From positions 6,135 through 70,134 of the forward strand of contig JAFQVY010000015.1 in the NCBI GenBank assembly GCA_017407755.1: a stretch of 64,000 nucleotides of DNA. The letters are read 5' to 3'. The translations under genes and the position numbers were made by a program. This document shows, one piece after another, positions 19,213 through 28,198 of the stretch. Numbering within the stretch: position 1 is the first letter of the stretch; each line of letters starts with the position of its first letter. The stretch is from Clostridia bacterium (GTDB lineage: Bacteria > Bacillota > Clostridia > Oscillospirales > Acutalibacteraceae). The notes below the pieces were generated by a model. The model was not told the DNA's origin and made no database searches. It saw only the letters and a program-made list of their open reading frames with translations.

Positions 19213-19402
19213 AATCTTTATTTTTCGGGACACACAGGCGGTACAAACCGCCTGAACATTTATCCCGAAAATAGGAATCTAATAAGTACAATGCCTTGTT
19301 ATATTTAAATTCTATCACTATAACAATAAGTTGTCAACACTATAAATGTAATAACATCTCTTTAGATGTGGTATTCTATCATTATCAAGAAGAGGTGTTA
19401 CT

Positions 19403-19687
19403 ATGAATATAGGTAAACGTATTACAGAACTAAGAATAGAAAAAGGCATCTCCGTAAACAAACTGGCAAACCTTGCCGGAGTATCGCAAAGCTACCTACG
19501 TGACATTGAGTTAGGTAACAAAAACCCCACCGTAGAATATCTGTCGTACATTTGCGGTGCCTTAGATGTTACTATGGAGTTTTTCTTTGCCGAAAAGCAG
19601 GGCGAGGATGAGCTTATTGCCGCAGTAAGAAAGCTTACACCCAAACAGCGGAAAAAGCTTTCTGAATTTCTCACGTCACTTAAATAA
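19403..19687 (+). CDS. Small XRE-family HTH regulator (94 aa)
   Basis: ITELRIEKGISVNKLANLAGVSQSYLRDIELGNKNPT. RBS GAAGAGG upstream. Confidence 0.8.
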   Translation: MNIGKRITELRIEKGISVNKLANLAGVSQSYLRDIELGNKNPTVEYLSYICGALDVTMEFFFAEKQGEDELIAAVRKLTPKQRKKLSEFLTSLK

Positions 19688-19689
19688 CT

Positions 19690-19721
19690 AAGCCTGCAAG
19701 TATTTGCGGGCTTATTTTTTT
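19690..19721 (+). terminator. Rho-independent terminator
   Basis: AAGCCTGCAA / GTAT / TTGCGGGCTT followed by ATTTTTTT. Confidence 0.8.
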
Positions 19722-20004
19722 GCCACAAAATAAAAAAGTGCGTAGCCGAAGCCACGCACCGAAAAATGCATAACTCGTTTGCCGCGACGCAATCTCAAAT
19801 ACTACCACAGTATGTGAAAATGAGCATGCATTTTTGCCAAAACAAAAACACACACTGTGGTAAAACTATTAAATTGCGCCGCAGGCTCATTATATCATCA
19901 AAATCTGTATTTTGCAATACAAAACCGTCGAACGCTAAAAATATTGCAACCTTAAAAAAAGTGTGCTATATTAATATTATCAATTTAAGAAAGGATTGGA
20001 ATTT

Positions 20005-22086
20005 ATGAAAAAACTCAAAAGAGTACTTTGCCTTGTGCTTACCCTTTTAATGGTAATGTCACTTTGCATGGTAACATTTACAGCTAATGCAGAAAGCAAC
20101 AATGCGCTCCCCGAAAGTGCTTCTGACTTCACTTGGGACAATGCAACTGTTTACTTTCTTTTAACTGACCGTTTTGCAAACGGCGATGAGTCTAACGACC
20201 ACAGCTACAACCGCGGTCTTGACAGAGACGGCAACGTAGCCGACTATAACACCGTTGCTTCTTTCCAGGGCGGTGACTTTAAGGGTCTTACCGAAAAAAT
20301 CGAGGAAGGCTATTTTACAGACCTTGGCGTTAATGCAATCTGGGTTTCAGGCTGGTATGAGCAGATCCACGGCTACACAGTAGGCGGTGACGGCAAAAAC
20401 TCCTTTGCCCACTACGCTTACCACGGCTACTATGCTCTGGACTACACCGAAATTGACAAAAACTTCGGTACAGAAGAAGAATTCAAGGCTATGATTGATG
20501 CCGCTCACGAAAAAGGCATCAGAGTAGTTATGGACGTTGTTTTAAACCACCCCGGCTACAACAACATCTACGATATGAACGAGTACGGCTACGGCGTGCT
20601 TAAAGAGGGTTGGGAAGACGTTTACTACGACTTCAGCAAAATAAACCAGACCAACTACCACGGCAAAATCGACTACAACACCGGTGCCGACATCTGGCTT
20701 AACTGGTGGGGCAAGGATTGGCTCAGAGCAGGTATTGCAGGCTATGACAACGACGGCGTCGGCGATTTAACAGGCTCTGCCGGCGGTATGCTCCCCGACT
20801 TTAAAACAGAGTCTCAGAAGGCTACCGAGCTGCCCCCCATTCTTCAGACAAAGTGGACTCGTGAGGGTACATTGGAAGAAAAAACTGCCGAGCTTGACGA
20901 AACCTTTGAAAAGTACAATCTTGGCGAAAAAACCATGAGAAACCACCTTGTAGCTTGGTATGCTCAGTGGGTTGAAAAGTACGGTATCGACGGCTTCAGA
21001 TGCGACACCGCAAAGCACGTTGAAAAGGACACTTGGAAGGCTTTAGACGAGGCTTGCACACAGGCACTCAACAACTGGAGAACAGAAAATCCCGATGCAG
21101 TAGGTGCAGATTGGGACGAAGAATTCTGGATGACAGGCGAGCATTTCGGTCAGAATCTTGCTGAAAATGACTACTACGAAAACGGCTTTGACTCTATGAT
21201 TAACTTCGCCTTCTCCCCCTCTGCTTCAGGCACAGGCGACAACGGTATGCTTAAGGCAAGAGACCTCAACAAAACCTACCAGACCTACGCCGACACTATA
21301 AACAAAAACGATAACTTCAACGCCCTTACATATATTTCTTCTCACGATACAGGACTTTGCAGAAAAGACCTTTTCTATCAGGGTTCTGCACTTCTTCTCC
21401 TTCCCGGCGGCGTTCAGATTTACTACGGTGACGAGAGTAACCGTGAATATGTAGAATGTACAATCCACGACCATGAAAACAGAAGCTTTATGAACTGGGA
21501 CTGGATTGAGGACAATACTGCCGCAAGTGCCGAGTACCTTGAGCACTGGCAGAAGGTTGGCACATTCAGAAACAACCACGTTGCAGTTGGTGCTGGCTCT
21601 CACAAAGTTCTTACTTCTACTGCCGACAACGAAGGCTCAAAGGACGGTATTGCTTTTGCAAGAACCTACGACAAGGGCGACGTTTACGACAAGGTTGTTT
21701 GTGTAATTGATGCTGAGCAGAACTGGGATATTACCATTAATGTTGCAGGCGTGTTCCCCAACGGCACCGAGCTTAAAAACACCTACACAGGCAAAACCGC
21801 AACCGTAGAAAATGGCAAGGTTATCTTCTACAGCGGCGACAATGGCACAATCCTTATTGAGCAGGTTGGCGGTGCAGTTAAACCCAGCACAGGCGACTAT
21901 GAGCTTGGCGACGTAAATATGGACGGTAAATTAAATATCCGTGATGCAACGCTTATTCAGAAATCCATTGCAAAAATGGAAACTCTTGACGACATTCAGT
22001 CACTTCTCGCTGATTATAACTCTGATGGCAAGGTAAACGTTAAAGACGCTACCGCAATCCAGAAATTTATAGCAGGAATTATCTGA
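20005..22086 (+). CDS. Secreted GH13 alpha-amylase with C-terminal type I dockerin
   Basis: Signal peptide. GH13 regions are DVVLNHPG, GFRCDTAKH, MTGEHFG and YISSHD. The C-terminal dockerin is GDVNMDGKLNIRDATLIQKSIA...DYNSDGKVNVKDATAIQKFIAG. The start was trimmed to the ATG at 20005. Confidence 0.92.
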   Translation: MKKLKRVLCLVLTLLMVMSLCMVTFTANAESNNALPESASDFTWDNATVYFLLTDRFANGDESNDHSYNRGLDRDGNVADYNTVASFQGGDFKGLTEKIEEGYFTDLGVNAIWVSGWYEQIHGYTVGGDGKNSFAHYAYHGYYALDYTEIDKNFGTEEEFKAMIDAAHEKGIRVVMDVVLNHPGYNNIYDMNEYGYGVLKEGWEDVYYDFSKINQTNYHGKIDYNTGADIWLNWWGKDWLRAGIAGYDNDGVGDLTGSAGGMLPDFKTESQKATELPPILQTKWTREGTLEEKTAELDETFEKYNLGEKTMRNHLVAWYAQWVEKYGIDGFRCDTAKHVEKDTWKALDEACTQALNNWRTENPDAVGADWDEEFWMTGEHFGQNLAENDYYENGFDSMINFAFSPSASGTGDNGMLKARDLNKTYQTYADTINKNDNFNALTYISSHDTGLCRKDLFYQGSALLLLPGGVQIYYGDESNREYVECTIHDHENRSFMNWDWIEDNTAASAEYLEHWQKVGTFRNNHVAVGAGSHKVLTSTADNEGSKDGIAFARTYDKGDVYDKVVCVIDAEQNWDITINVAGVFPNGTELKNTYTGKTATVENGKVIFYSGDNGTILIEQVGGAVKPSTGDYELGDVNMDGKLNIRDATLIQKSIAKMETLDDIQSLLADYNSDGKVNVKDATAIQKFIAGII

Positions 22087-22094
22087 TACAAACT

Positions 22095-22126
22095 AAAAAT
22101 CCCTGAGCACTTGCTCAGGGATTTTC
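22095..22126. terminator. Bidirectional terminator between the amylase gene and murF
   Basis: CCCTGAGC / ACTT / GCTCAGGG flanked by an A-run and a T-run. Confidence 0.8.
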
Positions 22127-22127
22127 T

Positions 22128-23495
22128 TTATAGCTCCTTAATAAGCTCTACCAATTCGTCAAACTTCATACTATGGCTTGCTTTAACTAAAACCGTATCG
22201 CCTATGGTGAGCATTTCGTACATATAAAGCTTTGCTTCCTCAATGCTTTGGTACCACTCGGCATCAATATGGGGTCTTGCCGCCTTGTACATTTCAAGTG
22301 CCAAATCGCCAACGGTAATTATAAGGTCAAGCTTAAGAGAAGCCGCAAGCTCACCGATTTCTTTGTGGAGCTCTTTTTCTTTTTCGCCAAGCTCTTTCAT
22401 ATCGCCCAAAAGTGCCACACGCCTGCCCTCAAAGTTGCTTAAGGTTTTAAGGGAAGCCTTCATAGATTCGGGGTTTGCATTGTAGCAATCGTCGATAATT
22501 GTGAGCTTCTCGGTTTTAATCACATTTGCTCTGCCGCCTATGGTGCGGTAATTTTTAAGCCCCTCGACAATTTCGTTTTCGGAAAGCGCAAGCTCCCTTG
22601 CAACCGAAACCGCCGCCAAAGCGTTTTGTACCATGTGATTGCCCAAAGCGTGGATACGCGCCGTAAATTTACCTTCTTTTGTATGTACCGTAAAGTCGGT
22701 AAAGGTCTCGTTGTCGCTTTTTATATCGGTGGCAAAAACGTCGTTATTTTCATTAAGTCCGTAGAAAACCACCTTTGCACCCTCAGGTATATCGGCTTTT
22801 CTAAGATTTTCGTCGTCACCGTTAAGTATGGCTGTGCCGCCTTTTTTAAGAAAGCTGAGCATCTCGGTTTTTGCCTTTAAAACGCCCTGTAAATCCTTAA
22901 GGTTTTCAAGGTGGCACTTGCCCACGTTTGTAAGCACCGCTATGTCGGGCTGAGTCATATTTGCAAGAACGCTCATTTCGCCGAAATCGGAAATTCCCAT
23001 TTCAATAACGGCGGCGGAGTGTGTTTCCTCCAAAGCAAAAAGTGTAATGGGCACACCCAAAGCGTTATTGAAGTTACCCTGAGTTTTGTGGGTATGAAAA
23101 TGCTCGGAAAGGACAGAGGCAATAATTTCCTTTGTGCTGGTTTTGCCCACCGAACCCGAAATCCCCACAAAAGGAATATCAAATTTTTCGCGGTAGGCTT
23201 TTGCGATTTTTCTCAACGCCTCAGGGGTATTTTTAACCAAAATGTGAGCCGAATTATCAACAGGTGTACGCTCGGCAATGGAGCAAAGCATACCAAGCTC
23301 CATACACTGCGAAATAAAGCTGTGACCGTCTACCCTTTCTCCCACAATTGCGGCAAAAACTCCGCCCTTGCCTGCCTTGCGGCTGTCTGTGGTAATAAAA
23401 GATACCTCTTTTGAGAGCACCTCTTCTTCACCAAAAAACTTACCGCCCGAAGCTTCGAGGATTTCTTTAACTGTAAAACTTTTCATCTTACTCAC
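22128..23495 (-). CDS. murF: UDP-N-acetylmuramoyl-tripeptide--D-alanyl-D-alanine ligase
   Basis: 455-aa Mur ligase with [14 protein letters not shown]-loop, DDCYNANP and GDMKELG motifs. Confidence 0.93.
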   Translation of the reverse strand: MSKMKSFTVKEILEASGGKFFGEEEVLSKEVSFITTDSRKAGKGGVFAAIVGERVDGHSFISQCMELGMLCSIAERTPVDNSAHILVKNTPEALRKIAKAYREKFDIPFVGISGSVGKTSTKEIIASVLSEHFHTHKTQGNFNNALGVPITLFALEETHSAAVIEMGISDFGEMSVLANMTQPDIAVLTNVGKCHLENLKDLQGVLKAKTEMLSFLKKGGTAILNGDDENLRKADIPEGAKVVFYGLNENNDVFATDIKSDNETFTDFTVHTKEGKFTARIHALGNHMVQNALAAVSVARELALSENEIVEGLKNYRTIGGRANVIKTEKLTIIDDCYNANPESMKASLKTLSNFEGRRVALLGDMKELGEKEKELHKEIGELAASLKLDLIITVGDLALEMYKAARPHIDAEWYQSIEEAKLYMYEMLTIGDTVLVKASHSMKFDELVELIKEL

Positions 23496-23904
23496 CTATA
23501 ATCTTAATAAGAGCGTGCTTGTTTCTTTTGCCGTCAAGCTCGTAGTAAAAAATCTGCTCCCAAGTGCCAAAATCAAGCTTGCCGTTTGTAATCGCACACA
23601 CAACCTCCCTGCCCATAATGGTACGCTTTAAGTGGGCGTCGGCGTTGTCTTCAAAGCCGTTGTGGTCGTACTGACTGTAGGGTTTTTCGGGAGCTAATTT
23701 CTCAAGCCATCTTTCATAGTCTCTGTGAAGTCCTGCCTCATCGTCGTTAATAAAAACCGAGGCAGTTATGTTCATAGCGTTTACAAGGACCAAGCCTTCC
23801 TTAACTCCGCTTTCATCAATTGCCGCCTGAACGTCACGGGTGATGTTTACAAGTCCCCGTCTTTTGGGGATATTAAACCAAAGTTCTTTTCTAAAGCTTT
23901 TCAT
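23488..23904 (-). CDS. YjbQ/UPF0047 family protein (secondary thiamine-phosphate synthase type)
   Basis: 138 aa. [12 protein letters not shown]...[13 protein letters not shown] pattern. 8-nt overlap with murF. Confidence 0.8.
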   Translation of the reverse strand: MKSFRKELWFNIPKRRGLVNITRDVQAAIDESGVKEGLVLVNAMNITASVFINDDEAGLHRDYERWLEKLAPEKPYSQYDHNGFEDNADAHLKRTIMGREVVCAITNGKLDFGTWEQIFYYELDGKRNKHALIKIIGE

Positions 23905-23913
23905 AACTTCACC

Positions 23914-24255
23914 TTAAAAAACGATATTATTAAATCCCCAGATATCGGTTTCTGAAAATTTCACATAAACCCTGTCAGGAGAAATCGAGAGCTCTCTGTG
24001 CATAATATCGCAGATAGCCTCGGTAAGCTTTTGTGCATTATCCTTTGAAACCTTACCCAAAAGCGAAACCTCAACATAAGCAGTCTCGCCCTGCTGATTG
24101 CCCTGAAACCACAAGCGGCAGTTGTCTTCAAAACCTAACATAAGATATGCTTCGCCTTTGCCGATAAGAGTAATGGCTTTGCCAAGCTCTGCTTTTAAAA
24201 CAGCTTCCTTTTCCTTTGTGATTTCTGTTGTAACCTTCGTATTAATAAACGGCAT
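23914..24255 (-). CDS. MIF/tautomerase-superfamily protein (N-terminal Pro1)
   Basis: 113 aa beginning MPFINTKV. Size and beta-alpha-beta pattern fit the phenylpyruvate tautomerase/MIF family. Confidence 0.55.
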   Translation of the reverse strand: MPFINTKVTTEITKEKEAVLKAELGKAITLIGKGEAYLMLGFEDNCRLWFQGNQQGETAYVEVSLLGKVSKDNAQKLTEAICDIMHRELSISPDRVYVKFSETDIWGFNNIVF

Positions 24256-24310
24256 AATTTAACCTCCAATAATTTATATCGCTATTGTACCATTATAAAT
24301 ACCCCTTTGC

Positions 24311-24340
24311 AAGAAAAAGAGCACGGAAAACCGTGCTCTT
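24311..24340 (-). terminator. Terminator of the ABC operon
   Basis: AAGAGCACGG / TTTT / CCGTGCTCTT followed by TTTTTCTT on the minus strand. Confidence 0.8.
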
Positions 24341-24344
24341 TGGT

Positions 24345-25544
24345 TTATTCTCTTAAAAGAACCGTCAAATCTATTTTCTCTGAGCGTTTAACGGCGGTAA
24401 CGGTTACCCCAAGAGTAATTACAACATAAACCACCGCAACAGCTAAGCCGAACAATGGATTTGAGTCAACGGCCATTTCCATATATGTCCCACCTAAGAG
24501 GCTATAGAGATATGGATTGACCATAAAGTATGCAAGAGCATAAAAGGCTCCTGTACCCAAAACAATCGACAACAAGGTAAGCGTTAAGTGCTCTCCTGAT
24601 ATAATCCTGAATAAATTTTTCGAATTAAACCCTATTGCCCTGTAAAGTGCCAGTTCGTTTGTGCGGGCGTTAACATTACCCTTAAGGAACATATAAAAGC
24701 CGAAAACTGTCAGCACCACAAAAAATGCAGTAGAGCCTAAAAGAATGAAAAAAGCGGCGTTGAAGCTTTCCACATCATAAGGAAGCTTTTGTCGGTAAGC
24801 TTTTGTGATTTTCTCAATTTTTGTATAAATTCCTTCGGTGTTTTTATAAGAATCCGTTACCACAATTGCAGAATACACGGTTTTATACATACCCTCAGGC
24901 ATTGCCTCTAAAAATTCGTCTTTAATCTCAAGGAGCTCTTCCCTTGGCACCAAAACCTCTTTGCCCGTAAACATAGGGTCAAGAGTATCAAACGTACCTA
25001 CAACCTCAAAGCTATTGGTGTTTCCCGACCTGTCTTCAAACTCCAAGGTCTTGCCTATAAGAGTAGAGCCGTCTGTTTCTTGAACAACACCCAATGAAGG
25101 GTTGTATCCGCTAAAGTGTGCAGGCACAAGAGCAACACCACGCTCGCTTTCATCAAAAGTCCTGCCAGAAACTAAGGTAAGATTAAAATATTTATGCACA
25201 AAATCAAGCTCAAAGCCTTCGCCCAAAAGTCCGTCCGTTTCTTCTACCGATAATGTATCGGGGTTTTCGTAAATATCAATAACACCCTCAATTTCAGAAA
25301 TTTCTTTAAGCCGACGTGCCTTTTCTTCTTCGCTGACTACCGCGGACATTTCAATAACAATCTCACGATTTATTATGTGGCGGTTAAGGCGAGTTTCGAT
25401 GTTTACCCCCAAGGGCACAATAATACCCACCGCAAGAAAAATCAGCACAAATGAAATAATTACGAAAAAACAAAACATTGCCGAGAGTGCCTTATTGGAC
25501 AAAAGGGATGCCCTGACAATCGTGAAAAGGCTTTTATTTTTCAT
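24345..25544 (-). CDS. FtsX/MacB-type ABC permease (4 TM, large extracytoplasmic loop), second permease of the set
   Basis: One N-terminal TM, a ~220-aa loop, then three C-terminal TM helices with the RTNELALYRAIG FtsX signature. Confidence 0.85.
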   Translation of the reverse strand: MKNKSLFTIVRASLLSNKALSAMFCFFVIISFVLIFLAVGIIVPLGVNIETRLNRHIINREIVIEMSAVVSEEEKARRLKEISEIEGVIDIYENPDTLSVEETDGLLGEGFELDFVHKYFNLTLVSGRTFDESERGVALVPAHFSGYNPSLGVVQETDGSTLIGKTLEFEDRSGNTNSFEVVGTFDTLDPMFTGKEVLVPREELLEIKDEFLEAMPEGMYKTVYSAIVVTDSYKNTEGIYTKIEKITKAYRQKLPYDVESFNAAFFILLGSTAFFVVLTVFGFYMFLKGNVNARTNELALYRAIGFNSKNLFRIISGEHLTLTLLSIVLGTGAFYALAYFMVNPYLYSLLGGTYMEMAVDSNPLFGLAVAVVYVVITLGVTVTAVKRSEKIDLTVLLRE

Positions 25545-26211
25545 TCATAACGCCGTCCTTCATTATGTAGATTTTGTCGGCGTAGTCCAAAATAGCATCA
25601 TTGTGGCATACCACAAGTACACCTTTGCCGCTCTTTGAAAGCTTCTTAAGCTCCTCAAAAATCATAGCCTCGTTTTTACTGTCAAGGTTGCCTGTAGGCT
25701 CATCGGCAAGTATAAAGTCGGGGTCATTAGCTAAAGCTCTTGCAATTGCTACCCTCTGTTGTTCACCGCCCGAAAGCTCGCCGGGGTAGTGCTCTACCCT
25801 ATGAGAAAGACCTACCTTTTCAGCAAGCCCAAGAGCTTTTTCTTTCATTTCATTTTTAGTTTTATACTCATCGTTAATAAGCATAGGAAGCATAACATTT
25901 TCATAAAGCTTCATGTGTGGATTAAGGTGAAAGCTTTGGAAAACAAAGCCAAGGTTTTTCTTTCGCACGTCTGCAAGCTCATTGCCTTTAAGCTTTGACA
26001 CGTCTTTGCCGTTAATGATAACAGAGCCCTCAGTGCATTTATCTAAAAGTCCCAAAACCTGCAAAAGGGTGCTTTTACCGCTTCCCGACTGACCCATAAC
26101 GGCAATAAACTCACCCTCTTTTACAGTCAGGCTTACGTTATCCATAGCTTTTACTCCGTTGGGATACACCTTGCTTACGTTTTTAAGTTCAATGGTTTTC
26201 ATATCAAACAC
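25534..26211 (-). CDS. ABC transporter ATP-binding protein (MacB/LolD-like)
   Basis: GQSGSGKSTLL, LSGGEQQRVAIARAL and ILADEPTGNLD motifs. Confidence 0.95.
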   Translation of the reverse strand: MFDMKTIELKNVSKVYPNGVKAMDNVSLTVKEGEFIAVMGQSGSGKSTLLQVLGLLDKCTEGSVIINGKDVSKLKGNELADVRKKNLGFVFQSFHLNPHMKLYENVMLPMLINDEYKTKNEMKEKALGLAEKVGLSHRVEHYPGELSGGEQQRVAIARALANDPDFILADEPTGNLDSKNEAMIFEELKKLSKSGKGVLVVCHNDAILDYADKIYIMKDGVMNEK

Positions 26212-26215
26212 CTCA

Positions 26216-27598
26216 CTATTTTGCCATCATAGCCTCACGAGGCTGGATTTTTACTAACTTATTCAAAAGCAACAACTCTGTTATAAGGGGAATAAAAAGA
26301 GCAATAAGGAAAGAAACCAAAAGCAAAATAAAGTAGTCGTTCCAACTGATTGCATACTGAAGCTGCCTAAAAGTACCATGATTAAAGCGGTAATTCACAA
26401 GCATTACAATAAGTGCCGAAATCACGCCTCCGATAAGAGCCGCTCGCAGCGACATATACAATTGCTCGTAAATAAGGCTCATAAAAATCTGATGATTTTT
26501 ATAGCCTATAGCCTTCATAAGCCCGATAATACCTTTACGTTCACGGATTGAATTTACCGAGGACTGCACCAAGAGAATCGTCGACACAAAAAGCACCGCC
26601 AAGGTAATAAACAAGCCTACCTTTGTAAACAGGGTGTGCATCAGCTTAGTGGTATCGTCTAAAACCAAGTCGTTAGAGAAACCTGTTGTATCATAACCCA
26701 TATCGTTTCGTACCACATCATAAACTTCACTTACATTTGATACGTCGTCAACAATAATCCTGTAGTCGTGAAGCGAGGGAGTATTCCACCACTCTACCGC
26801 TCCGTGAATACTGGTTTCAAGGTCTGTGCCTGCATTTTCAAAAATCATTTCAGACATAAGTCTGTCGGTTTCCTCTGAAACCATAAGCTCCATATAACTT
26901 CCAAAGGTAGAGTATGTGCAAGGATATGTACCTACAACAGTAAGCGTAAACTCAGGAGAAGGTACTCTCAGCTCACCTTGGGAACACATTCCCTCTAATC
27001 CCGGTGCACTCCAATAATTAAAAAAAATATCATCCCCTATAGCTTTAACTACAAAAGTTTCACCAATAAGGGTTCTGCCGTCTATGTAATCAAGGTCTTT
27101 GCCCTCTAAATTATCATCTTCCATATCAAAAGGATAAAATATACTTGGCACAAGGCAACTGAAGGCAGGGGCTTTATCAAGGGTTTTGCCTTTAATAACA
27201 CGCTTCTGCTCACCTTCATAAAGGCCTTCAATCATAATGTTGCTTTCTTTGGTTTTATGTTCCTCATTAAGCTTTTGGTTAGAGGTGCTGAGGAATTCAA
27301 AGCCATTATAACGGACAAGGCTGGCAACATCTACCACACGCTCGACGTGCTCAAGGTTTTCAATAGCAGTAATTGCTTCCTCTGTAACCACTTTTAAAGA
27401 AGGTGACAGATACATCGCTCTTGAGCGGTAGTCGTTTTTGTAGTCCTGCATTATGCCTGTCATAGTAGCAGAAAAGCATGAAATTACCGTTATAGCTATT
27501 ACAAGCATACACAAAAGTACAGTAATAGCCGTTGAGTTTTTATTGCCCTTAATATTAGATTTTGATAAAAAATGAAAGCTCCGTAATTTCATAGTCAT
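26216..27598 (-). CDS. FtsX/MacB-type ABC permease, first permease of the set
   Basis: One N-terminal TM, a ~290-aa extracytoplasmic domain, and three C-terminal TM helices with ERKGIIGLMKAIG. Confidence 0.85.
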   Translation of the reverse strand: MTMKLRSFHFLSKSNIKGNKNSTAITVLLCMLVIAITVISCFSATMTGIMQDYKNDYRSRAMYLSPSLKVVTEEAITAIENLEHVERVVDVASLVRYNGFEFLSTSNQKLNEEHKTKESNIMIEGLYEGEQKRVIKGKTLDKAPAFSCLVPSIFYPFDMEDDNLEGKDLDYIDGRTLIGETFVVKAIGDDIFFNYWSAPGLEGMCSQGELRVPSPEFTLTVVGTYPCTYSTFGSYMELMVSEETDRLMSEMIFENAGTDLETSIHGAVEWWNTPSLHDYRIIVDDVSNVSEVYDVVRNDMGYDTTGFSNDLVLDDTTKLMHTLFTKVGLFITLAVLFVSTILLVQSSVNSIRERKGIIGLMKAIGYKNHQIFMSLIYEQLYMSLRAALIGGVISALIVMLVNYRFNHGTFRQLQYAISWNDYFILLLVSFLIALFIPLITELLLLNKLVKIQPREAMMAK

Positions 27599-27681
27599 AC
27601 CCCCTTACAAGCAGAGTTTATCCTATAAAACATTATAGCATTTTAAACGAAAGCTTTCAATATATTTGTTCCTTTTTGCAT

Positions 27682-27996
27682 TTAACTGCAGAACTCATTT
27701 AAAGCCTCTCTCATATTTGCCTCAGAGCTATAGGAAATCCCACGGCTGAGCTTATTCTGAACATCTTTGGGCAAAGAGCTTACTGCCGTGGTGGTTTCAA
27801 TAAAAGGCTTCTGGTCTTTTCCCTTATACACCACAATTCTGTCACCTTGCGCCTTTATAATGTACTCCTCGGCACTATACAGCATTCGGGTATTGTTTTT
27901 AGGTGAGTTTGTCTCGCTGGTAATAGGGATAATAAAGCCCGAAGCGATTACACAGCTTAGGACAATTATCGATGTAATAAAGTAAAGTCTTTTCAT
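27682..27996 (-). CDS. Small membrane-anchored protein of unknown function
   Basis: 104 aa with an N-terminal TM. The YIIKAQGDRIVVYKG...LPKDVQNKLSRGISYSSEANMREALNEF pattern is common in clostridial small proteins. BofC-like is only a guess. Confidence 0.55.
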   Translation of the reverse strand: MKRLYFITSIIVLSCVIASGFIIPITSETNSPKNNTRMLYSAEEYIIKAQGDRIVVYKGKDQKPFIETTTAVSSLPKDVQNKLSRGISYSSEANMREALNEFCS

Positions 27997-28198
27997 AGAA
28001 TATTCACCGCCACAGTTATTTTTTCACAAAAAATTCCTGTTATTCACTAATCTTACTGTAGGGATATTAAAAAATACACAAATCTTAAAAAATCCTTTGT
28101 TTTTTAAGGGCATTAGTGGTATACTGTAAACTGTATAGATATTTGCGTATTACATAAATAAAGTTAAAATCATTTTAAGTTTTAACGGAGGCTCAAAT

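Noticed and set aside
19101-20004. tRNA-Thr as the attachment site of a genomic island (small XRE genes on both sides)
   Set aside because: There is no integrase, no duplicated 3' tRNA segment and no other mobile genes downstream. The flanking genes are an ordinary amylase and murF.
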